From positions 15,934,001 to 15,998,000 of the forward strand of contig JAQFVV010000006.1 in NCBI GenBank assembly GCA_028023455.1: a stretch of 64,000 nt of DNA, read 5' to 3'. Numbering within the stretch: the first letter of the stretch is position 1; the number at the start of each line of letters is the position of its first letter. A program made the position numbers and the translations under genes. The notes under the pieces are model-generated. The model made no database searches and was not told where the DNA came from. It worked only from the letters and a program-made list of their open reading frames with translations. Of this stretch, positions 13,325 to 25,040 are shown piece by piece. The stretch comes from Epiperipatus broadwayi (lineage: Eukaryota > Animalia > Onychophora).

Positions 13325-16300
13325 TTCTTTTTATGGTGTGCTGCAAATATCTTTAAAATGTCTCCCTTGGTTCTAATAAGTTCTACTGCTCCCTCCTTGG
13401 AGAAATTACTGAATGTACAGTTAAATATTTCTAGTACACACTTAAGTCCTTTTGATAAACGTTTTATACTTTCACTTCTTTCTCCATACAGAAAATCTAC
13501 AAAATATTACTAAGAAGATCAAATTTATCAATTCACACATTTTCACATCCTAATTCCTGCCTCTGAAGAAAAATCTTTTAAATCTTGATGTTCAACCAAA
13601 AAACCTACACAAATTATTAAAAAATTAAGCATAAAGAATAGATTTCAGATGAAATTCCAAACAAAGTTCTTATGAAGACAATACTGAAATATTTTATATT
13701 TCTGATTATGATCACCAATTGCCATTTTTCTATTTTATTTGAGGAAGCAGTATGTTAATCCCACATCAGTTTTTCTCTAAAGATCAGTGTGAAAATATGA
13801 TTGTGGGGTAGGTGGAACCCAACCTGCTTGGTCCCCATTGTCCTGGGATGTGATCGTAGAAAGACCATGAAGCCGGAAAATTTTGTTAAAATGTTTTTGG
13901 ACTGCCGAACTGTGAACTCTTGAAATAGAACTCAATAGCTAGCTATTCCTATGCCAAAATAATAAAAAACAACTCAGGTTATCGTTCTGTTGTGGGACCT
14001 AGATTTCAAGTTTGGACTGTTAATAAATTAGGTAATGTTTTCAAACTGTTTTATATTCCTAACCTCCTAATTTATTTTCCATTTCCAGTTGACTTTATAA
14101 TTAATTGCTATATAGAGAAAATATTTTCTAGATGTAATTGTCCCTAAATATATCTAAAATGCTATGTGAACTAAACTCTGTAAATTTGACTTCCTCTAAT
14201 TAACTTTAAGGTCTCTGCTATATTTTTATATGTCTTAAGTTATGCCTCTCTTAATGTCAAAACTTTTCTTATAACGCAGTCTATAAATGATCTTATCACT
14301 TACCTATAGGTATATATTGTCTAGATTTATTAATATTTGATTTAAAATTCTATTTATGTGCCAATTTGTTTCATCTCAACAAATTCATACCTGCCATGTC
14401 CCCTTTTTGTATTATGACTTAAAATGATTCTCTATCTATTTTCCGACCAATGATTTCGGTAAATAAATACATGTTCACTTTTAATGATTATTTAATTAGA
14501 GTACCCTTTTTGTTGAGATGAAATGATTTTTTTTATTGTTATTATTCTAAAAACATATTCACGCACAGGATGTTATATAAGAACCGAGAAAAAAAAAGAA
14601 AGAATAAAAAACGGTTTAGTTTTGGGAAATGCTAGATCAAGTGTGTAACTGTTAACTAGATTATATTCAATTTTAAAAGAACAAAAAGGGGGGTGGAAGG
14701 TTATTCCACACTAAGTCGTATGAGAGAATTTATTAATATTAAATCTAAAATGTTGGTGGGATTTCATTTTGAAGTGAGTGACACATTGCCTCAGAAAGAA
14801 AGAATGATATTCGAGTAATATTTGAGGTCTATTTGTTGTGATCTGATCTTTGTCAATTTGCTACTATATAAATACAACCTTATGTGACTCATTATAAGTT
14901 TAATTAAAGTAATTTTAAAAAGTGATGTTTTCCAGTACTTGTTTTTGTATCTCCAGTATTCCGCTTGATTGACTGTTTTGTTCTTTTGATCTCTGTTTCA
15001 TAACTATACCACATGAAAGATTCACTGGCTAAAATGTAGCTCAGGATATGAAAGATATAAATGGGAATACTCAAGGTAAGCTAAGCTTGGCAAGCCTTGG
15101 TGATTATTCGTCTTTCACCTGAAATATTTTGAGGTTTTGCAGATTGTGCAAACCATTCGTCTCTTGGGGCAGTGTGCTCTAGTCTTTGCATCACTGGAAC
15201 CGGGAAGTGGGATTGAGCTTGTGTTGGTTATGTTCTCTCAAATGCTGGCTGTAATTATCTTTTATTTCTCTGAGTATATGGTGGTGGGTTGTGGTTTAGT
15301 CAAATTAGAGTACTTTTTTTTTTATCGTTAACATAGTTATTTGCAAATATTGTGATCCACTTGTATTCAAGTGAGTCACTCTCCTAGAGACCAATTTTCA
15401 AAAACACACTCAAGTGATTCTCTTTTATAATGTTTATTCATGTTAAAGTTACTTCAAAAGCTAATTTATATATATATATTTGTTTTTCTTTCCACACATA
15501 CTTGAATTGGCATCTATCAAAGGACTTTAAACACCCTTCTGCTTTAAATTGGCTTATAAATTGTACTGCTACCTTGTGAGAGGCATATATTAGTTATATA
15601 ATTGAAATTGTCTATCAATGAGCAATGAAGTAAAGTAGCAAGATATTAAAAAATAATAAATATGCAGTTTATTAAAGTAAGATATATAAATTTAACATAC
15701 CTGTTGTTCGTGTTAATTAATTTTACTTTGAAGTTAGCGTTTATATCTCAAAATTGTGCTGCTATCTGATGACATAAGGACACACACCATCCCTTTGTCA
15801 GCTTATGCACACACATAATTATGATAAATGTCAGTGTTGAATGTTAGAAATACCTGAGGCTCATGCTCCACTGCTGACACTGTGGATTCGAGTTTGAAAA
15901 GATTGATTGCTTGCCTCAAAAGGGTTGTTAATTGATTGTTAGATTTAAAGGGTAGATAAACAGATTAGAATCCATAAATATTCTTGATCTTCAATTTCAT
16001 GTATGGTTGGATTCGAGGTACTTTTACTCAGACTATGAATCGTGTTGAATTAATATAAGTACGTTATTCAGATATTTTTTGTAATTATTCCTATTTTAAA
16101 CGGAGAATGAAAACTATATCACATCCTATGTAACATTTTAAAAGAAATTCATGATGTGTTAAAAACCAATTCCAATTTTATTTTATTTATGAAAAAAATC
16201 AAGAAACTTTTATAATCAACAGAAATTAAAATTTAAAGCAACTTTTTCTATCAAGAGATTTGTTTTTATGTTTATTTTAATTAATAGTAAATACTTTTAT

Positions 16301-16523
16301 TTTTAGACTTTTTTTAAAAAAAATTACTGCCCTCTTGTGTGCATCATTGAAAACTTACTGAACAGATATCAACATGTTAGAAATGCAAACCAACAATTCC
16401 TATACAGTCGATAAAACAGGAAATCAATTTGAAATATTTTTTTGTCATATTGAATTGTATAAAATTATAAAGAAATCTATTTGATAGAAGTATGTTAAAC
16501 TTGATTACAAAATTTATTCTAAA

Positions 16524-16631
16524 TGTCAAGTGTTGGTGGCTGAGTAGTCAGCACAGCTGCCTTACAAGCAGTTGTCCTGGGTTCGTGGGTTCACTTCCCA
16601 GCCAATGCTTTGACCCATGAGGGGAAAAAAA
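16524..16631 (+). mobile_element. tRNA-Gly(UCC)-derived SINE copy (T-arm duplication subfamily)
   Basis: gtgttggtggctgagtagtcagcacagctgccttacaagcagttgtcctgggttcg...cttcccagccaatgc aligns by eye to eukaryotic tRNA-Gly-TCC (GCGTTGGTGGTATAGTGG...GCTGCCTTCCAAGCAGTTGACCCGGGTTCGATTCCCGGCCAACGC). An A tail follows. Confidence 0.8.
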
Positions 16632-17579
16632 TGTATTCTAAACAAACAAACTGAATTTCTAAGTTAAATAAAAGTATTTAATTAATGAAAAAGAAATTAT
16701 AATTTTCTTCATTTTATTTTTTGGTTCACAGTATAGATACTATTACACACATCTATATATATTGTCTGATAGTATGTAATTTGATTTTACTTGTAGTTGC
16801 ATGGATTATTATCAAACTTTATCTAAGCTATTCTTACAAAGATAGAATAGCCAAGTTTGTTAAAGCATTATGTTAAATGCAATAGTCACCAATCTACAAG
16901 ACATTGGTTTAATTGCTATGCTGGCCAAGCCAGCAATATCTGAAAAAGAGAGAAGAATAATACCATTCAGGATGTTGTGTTCTATACTAACCTATATATT
17001 ACTACTAATAGTTAAATGTATTCTTAAAAAGTATGTGCTGTGTAAAAGTGTCAATGTTTTGGAGTTTTTCTCAACTCCATCACCTTACAATCAATCCTCA
17101 ACATCTCTGCAAAAGCTCAGATTATTTTCTTGCATTATGCATGCATTTCAGCAATAACATAAATTAACAAATATGTGTGTGTATGAAGTTATATAAAAAA
17201 GGGTTAGATAGTCATGCATTTATGGCTTGTAGGAACAGGTCATTTCATCACAAGTAATGAAATTGACATTGGATTATAATCACATTTTTTTTTTGTTTTT
17301 ACACTCAGCATATTAGCAGTAATCCAACCAATCTAGATTAACTCATGATCTTTATCCTATAACTTATAACCGCAATTCATTTATTAAACTCTTTTGGAAG
17401 ACTAGTGAGGTGTGGCTAAGAGTCAGTTACCTATAAAAAACTCAGACTTATTTAAAAATTTGGAAACAAATTGAGATTTACATGACACAAACATGAATCA
17501 TGGATATCAGTCCATGAATAAATTGTGGATATTATTCAACACTAATCATTAAAAAAAAGTTGTTTTTAGTTGTGTATAA

Positions 17580-17812
17580 AACAGGCAAAACCGACTATAT
17601 ATATTGTCACACACAGCAAGCTAGAGTAATCAATGGATGCCAGAAGGCTTGTGCATAAAATCCCCATCTAGTGCCTACTCATCTAATATCCCCAGACTAG
17701 TTTCTGGCTTATGGCCTTCATCAGTGAGGAGCATAGGAGGGTTTGCCTGTTTTAACAACAGTTATACACAAGCATAAGAGGAGGTGGTCATGTGATGTTT
17801 AGTTGTGTATAA
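17580..17812 (-). mobile_element. HHR repeat family A copy with inverted partial duplication
   Basis: Family A body at 17580-17731, followed by an inverted segment gtttgcctgtttt...gtcatgtgatgtttag. The 15-bp direct repeat tttagttgtgtataa at 17565 and 17798 could be a TSD. Confidence 0.85.
17689..17730 (-). ncRNA. Minimal type I hammerhead ribozyme motif, core intact
   Basis: UCCUCA/UGGGGA helix I (6 bp, one GU), CUGAUGA, GGC/GCC helix II with a CAUAA loop, GAA, palindromic ACUAGU helix III and a GUC cleavage triplet. Confidence 0.8.
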
Positions 17813-18519
17813 CTTTGTTTAGAGCATTTAATAATATACATCTTACACCAAAAAAAAATTCCAAATTTAGTCATTATTTAGGATCTAACATATGTCTAAT
17901 TTGTAACTGATTTTTCATTACACCCAATCTGATTAATCTTATTATTATTATTTTTAAGCAAAAGTGAATCATTTCTCCAATGCTTGGATATCTTTGGGAG
18001 CATTTTATAATATGGCCAATCTTTTAAACTCACGTACTGCATTAACAAAGTAAAATTTGGCAAATTATAAAATGATTCCTGTTTTACAATCCCATTTTAT
18101 ATCTGTGTGATTTAGTCCAATGGTAAAGTAATGAATTTAAGAGTTAAAGAGTTAAAAACTCTCAGTTGACTGAAAAAAAGGAATTGTTGGACTCAATCTG
18201 GTTTAGCCCACTTGAGTGCTCAAATATTATATCTTTTCCTGAGAAACAAATTATATAATTATAAACATGATGGATGATATTAATCATAGACTTAAACTTG
18301 GATGGAGTGCTTGTGATAAAAAATAATATTAAATAGATTTTTAATAGATATATTTTATCAATGCTCTCTTATGAATATAAGACTAAGATCCTCAATAGAA
18401 GAGCAGCTTGGAGATTGCAGACCACTCAATGAAGCATAGAGCGAAATATGCTGGGATAAAAAGCCTAAAAATGAAATGTTTAGGTGAGAGAATAAACAGA
18501 TAGCATCAATACCTTATGT

Positions 18520-18640
18520 GTTTCGGCATTGTTGATAGAGCATCTGATTTGGGATGTCCCAGGATCAATTCTAATATTCTGGTGCTCACAGGTCTGGCTC
18601 CTGAACTTTTTATGAACTCCAGAGCAATGAAGCCATCTGT
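18520..18640 (+). mobile_element. SINE family 2 copy
   Basis: gcatctgatttgggatgtcccaggatcaattc...tggtgctcacaggtctggctcctgaactttttatgaactcc is shared with 22690-22800 (minus) and 54760-54870. Confidence 0.5.
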
Positions 18641-18769
18641 CTTTTTTTTAAAATTGATATTATTGAAAGTATTGAGAAACTAAAATGGAGCTGAGCTGAA
18701 CATATTACTAGAAGAGATGATTAATAGATGGCAGTTCAAATCTTAAACCTGATCCTAAGGGAATTAAGA

Positions 18770-18930
18770 GACTTAGACAGAGATCATATGAGAAATGGAT
18801 GGGTGAAAAAAAGAAGTTTGTTGGCGTAATATGGAGAAGAGAAGTTATAGATCTAAGAAGCTGGATTCAATTTGAAGAACCTTTTTTCCTTGCAGTAAAT
18901 CGATAATAGTTAGTTGATGCTGATGATTAT
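18770..18930 (+). mobile_element. Decayed RTE-type LINE 3' end
   Basis: Homologous to the RTE tail at 45090-45220 and ends in gatgctgatgatt. Confidence 0.6.
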
Positions 18931-19684
18931 TGCAATTATTGCGCCAGTCAATTTATCGAATTTTGTGTTATTCGTATTATTTTGTTGTGACTATAGACAT
19001 ATATAAAGTAGTTATTGTTGTTAATAAATAATCATCTCTATGAAATGTAATGTCACCGTGGCAATTTTTCTTAAGCACCTTTACTTACAACAAGCCCCCC
19101 ACCCCGTGAACATTTTTGTGGGAGGGCCCTAAGGGCTAATGAGACTCCTGGTTAGGTTGTTAATATTTTAAGTTTGCAAATTTTAAAATATTAAGGTTAT
19201 TAATAAATAATGATGTAAGGGATCATTAAAGTTTACGGTGCACTACCAAAATTGAGTCGCTAAAATAAATGTGTTAAGAGGGTGGCAATTGTAGTCCCAC
19301 TACCACCTACAATGATCAAGTGCGTGTTATTATCGCTTTGTTACTCTATCTGCCTTTAGGCAAAAAACTTTAACATATATATGCATTGTAAGAATATGAT
19401 TTATTAGTTTTTAAATACTTCATAATAAACAAGTTTCTTAAAAAGTCCGGTGGGAGTGTCCTAGATAAATCAAAAGAATTAAAATGCGTCAATTTTGAAA
19501 ATGCTAAAGGACTGTATTTTTTATATTTTATTTAAAATTAAAAAAAAAAATGAATACTAGAAAATCTTAATATATATATATTGCATTTGAAATTTGGAAT
19601 ATATTAGCACATATTCACGCGCACCTGTTTTGTAAAAAGTATTTAGATGCGAAGAACATAGATTAGTAATAATATTTTTTTTTT

Positions 19685-20110
19685 AAAAAAATCATCGGCG
19701 CCAGATGAACTCATCGGTAGAATGACCGACTCGAAGGTTAAAGGTTCCTAGATTGAACACAATCAGGCATTTATGACGCTCAGGTATCACATGACCAATC
19801 TAAGCTACTAAACATTTGTCTTCTAAAAAGTCTCTTGATACAAACATAAGGCATGGCGATGACCTGAATTCGATTCCAGGTCAAATTTTCAAGAGACTTA
19901 GAAATTTTTCAGGTAGGTATAGGCAACTCTAGTTGACCATTCAATCTTGGTCATTAAATGAGTATCTAACTATTCTTAGCTAGAAGACAAAACAAGAGTG
20001 AAAAATTGCTCAAACCCTGACAACCTGGCAAAGACAATGTTTGTCGTAATACCTTCCTCTATAGTGATCTTTGATATACCGCTGGAGAGGCCTGAAGCCT
20101 GTAATAGTCT
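19685..20110 (+). mobile_element. SINE-like repeat with tRNA-like head and a conserved-core-like central block
   Basis: Head with A/B-box-like segments. The block caactctagttgaccattcaatcttggtcattaaatgagtatc resembles the central domain of old metazoan SINEs; this match is from memory only. Confidence 0.3.
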
Positions 20111-21042
20111 ATACTAATATAAAAATGCATGTTTTAGCTTTAATGTTTTTATATTCACTTTGGATTTTATTCGTCATTTGATTTTCCGATCAAATAACCA
20201 AATAATTATTATAATATTTTAATTAATCAAAAAATATACATACATATTTTTGTTTACTTTTTTATTATTTTAATAATAGCTTTTTGTAAAAAAAAAAAAA
20301 TTAATTCACTACAAAGACAAAAAAAAGATAAGTCGTATAAATATGACTTCCAGCTAAATCTAATTTCCTTATTATTTGTTTCTCTCTTCAAAACAAAGTG
20401 TTTTAAGTCAGCCCTACAACCTGTTAATCAAGGTTTACTGCATACCTGTCCACTTAACTAAGCCCCTTGTCTCCAGTAACGCTTTAGGCATACAAAGATC
20501 TAAACATAAATGTAAAGACAATTTTCTTTAATTAAAACTAATGATGCTAAACCAATTAGTAAAGATAATAAACTAGTGATTATAAAAGAGACATAGTTTT
20601 AAAAGTGATATATCACATTATAAAAATATTTATAAATATTAGAAGAACAAACGTAGTATAAGAAACAACATTTAATTTAAAAATAATTACCTTCAACTTA
20701 GCCAATTAGAATGAAAATAGCGGTTCTTGGAAACGTTTGAGAAAGTCACGTGACATTATTGTTTGAAATAACGTTCAATCTACTAAATGCTCTTATAATA
20801 TTACATCAATTATTAATGTCTATATAAACTATCTGCTTCGATTAACATATATTAATACTAAAGGAGCAATACCAACTGATTTCACAAATGGATAGGGACT
20901 TCCAATTCCGAGAGAAAAAAACAAGTAAAAACACAATAATAATAATACACACACTAGAGTTGAGTCTTGTAATTACTATCCAGACCAAGCCACGAAACTC
21001 GAATATATCCCCAAATATAACATATTGGTTCATCAACATTTA

Positions 21043-21610
21043 AAATCATCATCAATCCATTCTAGGATGAAGGCCTTTCCAAATTTAAACTAGTTTCTCC
21101 AATCATAGTCTCTTTTCTCCACATCTTACTAGCAAATATCCTTATTTCACCCATCCATCTCACATGTGATCTTTTAGAATGTCTTGGAATCCAGTTTAAA
21201 CCTTCAACTTTGCATCTGTTTATTATCAACCCTTTTAACAAAATGTCCATCATACTCACATTTTATTTTAATGATTTCAATAATACCTGTTTGTTCTCTC
21301 ATCCGCATACTTCATTTTTGATATACTTTGGTTACTCCTAATATACCTCTCTCCATAATTTGCTGAATGGTCTGAAGTTTTTATAATTCTCCTCTGTGTG
21401 TCCAAATTTCAGATCCATAAGTAAAAACTGATAAAGCACATATGTTTAAAATCATTACATAGGCATATTTCTTTTGATATTAACTTACTTCTATCAAAGT
21501 CCTCCAAATTTAATTATATAATTAATTCCACTTGTTATGTTTCCATTAGAATTAAGAATCTTCCCAAGATATTTGTAGCTGTTAATCGTCTAATTCTTGA
21601 TTATCAAACT
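21043..21610 (-). mobile_element. RTE-type LINE 3' fragment
   Basis: Remnants of INSYKYLG, FLTYGSE and LNWIPRHSKRSHVRW with a (GAT)n tail. Homologous to 45090-45700. Confidence 0.85.
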
Positions 21611-21634
21611 TTACTTTCTCCTAAGAAGTACTAT

Positions 21635-21635
<1 letters not shown>

Positions 21636-21678
<43 letters not shown>
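21636..21678. repeat. Compound (CA)n(TA)n microsatellite
   Basis: Directly visible. Confidence 0.95.
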
Positions 21679-22469
21679 GTTGTACGCAAGGATAATGAAA
21701 CTAGTATAAATAATCGAAAGCAAATATAAAATGCTATATTCATTTGCTACTATCTTGTTAAAAACTGTTGTTAGCAGGAAAATTTATACAAAATAATGCA
21801 AATTAGTTATAACTGCCATTTTCGTGACAGGGCAAAACAGGCTTCTATTCGATTAAGGGACTTAGGATCACTTGCTATGTGTAATGCTTCTGTGATCTCG
21901 CATTTAGCATTGTGTCTTTCTGAGCAAACAATGTTAGCAGACATGGGTTTGAATCTATGCCCTGTTGTTTTTTCATACTCAACAAAGATGGAATTGCCTT
22001 CCTGTATAATAATGTTCTAGCCATCATTCTGTTTATTTACTTTGTTTTTTGACATTTTGTGATGCTGTCTTAACTTTTTCTGCAAAAAACATTTCTTTCT
22101 GAAAAATCAACACCTTGTGTAATAATAGCTCTTCGATGCCTTTTATCATTGTTCTTTTTTACAATACCATTTAAAGTGATCTTTGTAACATAAATGGAAT
22201 CTGTCTCTCTTTTTTATAAAAACATGCTTAAGTTTATTAAAAAAATTACTAGAAAATCTTGCATTGTTCATTTATTTTCTAGGTCCAAGCCAACTAAGGT
22301 ATTCTACACTCCTACATACAACAAGTTGAAGATTAGCCTTAGGGTCTTGTCATTGTATTTACAGAATATTCATAAACATAATTTTTCTTATACCTTTATA
22401 TTATGTTATTAGAGAGTTCAAATCTTATTTTGATGAAATAAATTAAATATTATATCTAATGTAATACTT

Positions 22470-22630
22470 GAATGTCCTAGCATCTTTCTGATGATAACCA
22501 GAGCTAGAAACTGGTATGAAGATAGGGATATTCAGAAAAGTTTATTAAGAGCTATTAGCATGCTCATTGTATAACATTTGTAGTTTAAGCTTATTAAATT
22601 AAGTCACATAATATGTGACTTGATTTCCTT
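22470..22630 (+). mobile_element. HHR repeat family B copy
   Basis: CUGAUGA at 22488-22494, taaccagagcta helix II remnant, GAAACUGGUA at 22507-22516. Downstream sequence is homologous to 39800-39905. Confidence 0.65.
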
Positions 22631-22689
22631 GGCAATAAATTAGGTAAAATAATATCATTTGCATACAATTAAAAAAAATGCATATGGCA

Positions 22690-22800
22690 TTAATGCTCCA
22701 GAATTCTTAAGAAGTTCAAGTGCCAGATCTATAAGCACCAGAATCGATCGTGAGACCTCCCGATCTCAAATCAGATGCTATATTAGCTAAGACAATCATC
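22690..22800 (-). mobile_element. SINE family 2 copy
   Basis: The reverse complement gcatctgatttgagatcgggagg...gattctggtgcttatagatctggcacttgaacttctt matches 18540-18615. Confidence 0.5.
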
Positions 22801-23104
22801 ATATACAACTAATTAAATTTCATAAGTTATACTACTGTAATGAAATATGCTAACATTCAATTTGTTAAAAACAGCAGCACATTGGAGTCTGTTAGGTACC
22901 TCTACATTTAAGTCCCTTTTTATATTTAAAAAGTGATCAAAATATTCAAATTGGTTCAAATTCTCAAGTTGAAACCTATCCTAATTAAAAATTGTCAAAT
23001 ATTTTTTTTTGCTTGCTAAATGATGAAGGACTTGTAACTATTGACATCGCTATATTCTGTATTCAAAATATTAATCATATTCTATAAAGCACTGATAGGT
23101 TAAA

Positions 23105-23360
23105 TACAAGGCAAAACTCTCCATACAGTAGTGCCACCCTGTGCCAACCAGAGTTTATGCACAAACCTTCTGGCATTCATTGATTACTCTGGGTGGCACA
23201 GGGTGGCACTACTGTATGAAGAGTTTGGATTTTATGCACAAGCCTTCTGGCATCCATTGGTTACTCTGGTGGCACAGGGTGGCACTACTATATGGAGAGT
23301 TTTGCCTTGTTTAATAACAATTATGTGCTAGCATAAGAGATAGTAATCATGTGATGTTAT
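23105..23360 (-). mobile_element. Rearranged family A fragment (tandem plus inverted duplication, no HHR core)
   Basis: 23108-23154 is inverted against 23263-23308 with 2 differences, and a third partial copy lies between them. The fragment ends at atcatgtgatgtt. Confidence 0.85.
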
Positions 23361-24104
23361 AGATTAAATACCACATATGTGGACAATTGGCTGCTAGAAC
23401 ATCTAAGTTCTACAATCAAACTGATTGTAATTAAGCCACATATTTTAGTATGGAGATTCTATGTTTCAATTTTGATGAATAATAATTTATCGCAAAATAC
23501 AAGTATAGTCTCACTGTACATGCACTTTACAATATTGGTTTAAAAACAAATAGAGTTAAAAAAAATTTACGACAGGCTATGCCGGGATGAATTATAAATC
23601 TGAAATATTTGATTGGTTCATAATTTATCCACTTTAATACTGCTTGCAGTTGAACATACAAAGTTCACATCATTATTTTGATTCGTGTTAAAAATGTGAG
23701 AAGTTATCTAATACTCAAGAACCGGTATTAAAGCTGATCTTTAATACAGGAAGACGATGTTGAACAAAAAAAATATCAAAACAATGCTGCATTCAGTTGT
23801 TAAACTTATTTGGATAGTAGAGTTTAGTGTTGATTTATCTTGGAAATATCTTCTGGATATTTAAAGAAACTATTTTATTATGAACTGGTAGAATGTAAGA
23901 CTCTGGATTTAAGATCCTATGATCAGTTCCATTTCGGATGCTTCTGGTACTTAAACTTTTTTTGACCTCACAAGCAATTACACCCTTCAATTATAGTGCT
24001 TATTATTCAAAAGTGATAAATTTTTGGATTGACTTCAACTATAGTGGGGTAATTATTATTAAAAACTTGTTATAATTGAGTATTGAGAAAAGATAATAAT
24101 TAAC

Positions 24105-24205
24105 TTTTTTTTTCTCATGTGTCATAGCATCAGCCGGGAAGTGAACCCGCTATCCCGGGACAACTGCTTGCAAAGCAGCTGTTGCTGACCTCTTGACCAC
24201 CATTT
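24105..24205 (-). mobile_element. tRNA-Gly(UCC)-derived SINE copy
   Basis: Reverse complement: tggtggtcaagaggtcagcaacagctgctttgcaagcagttgtcccgggatagcgggttcacttcccggctgatgctatgacacatgag plus an A tail. Confidence 0.8.
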
Positions 24206-24330
24206 AAAACTTTTATATTGCACTAAGCTTGCTTTTGGAAGACTACTACCAGAATCTCAATGCTGTTTTGTTTAACAGTTGAAACTTATGCTTATATATG
24301 TGGATGTGATTTATTATGTAAATGAGGCAT

Positions 24331-25040
24331 TTAAATATTCCATTTTTTCAATAATGGAATGCACGACTTCTTTCTCTTAATTGTTTTTGGATCCTTTGTG
24401 ATTGTCCATGTCTTCTTATATTTACATTTTCTATTATCTCTTTTAGCACAAACTGTGCTTACATTAGTAGAACTCAAAGTATGATCCATAGCAAGCTCCC
24501 AATCAAAAAAGATCAAATTGTATTCGTTGTTTTGTTTAGCTCTGTTGTATAAGTATGAGTACTGAGCAATTCTCATAGATCTATTCCCACACAATTCTCT
24601 GTAATGCACAGAATTACAAAATGGGGTGCTGCATGTAATTTTGTAAACCACTCGAGGGCATGCTCCCTTGGCATTTTGTCTTTTGAATTATTTAAAAGTT
24701 GTTTAGTGGTGGAGGTGATCTAAGGCTGACCTTGAGCATGTCAGCCATATATGCTGTAGTTTTTTTGCTATTTTACAGATTATGGTAGACTTAACCATGC
24801 CTTTGGCAAATTGTGCGTAATTTTGTTTTTATTTTTATCTAACTTGGTATAGAATTTGTTAATTGTTTTTAATAGTGTTTTTCAATTGTAAGCAAGATTT
24901 GTGAGATCATTGTTATAAGCATGTGATAAATTTTAATTTGGTTTTATTGAATAGAAGTATGTTGCTCGGGTTGCCATTTGGGTGACCAAATATTAGATTG
25001 ATGTCATCAACCAATTTGTCATCAGTTGCTAAATTAACCA
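24331..25040 (-). pseudogene. Penelope-like element remnant: RT C-terminus/linker plus GIY-YIG endonuclease
   Basis: Across a frameshift the minus strand reads KQLLNNSKDKMP...(R/G)VVYKITCSTPFCNSVHY...RSMRIAQ...FDWELA. This matches the PLE pattern L..KDK....GVVYKIPC..C...YIGET.R...R..EH...DWE.A. Confidence 0.7.

Noticed and set aside
13649-13750. Possible exon encoding a hydrophobic, signal-peptide-like stretch (MKTILKYFIFLIMITNCHFSILFEEA) between AG and GTATGT
   Set aside because: Such stretches arise easily in T-rich DNA, and I found no homology or linked exons.
15040-15082. Strong splice donor AAG|GTAAGC with a short upstream open frame
   Set aside because: It is an isolated signal with no recognisable peptide or partner exons.
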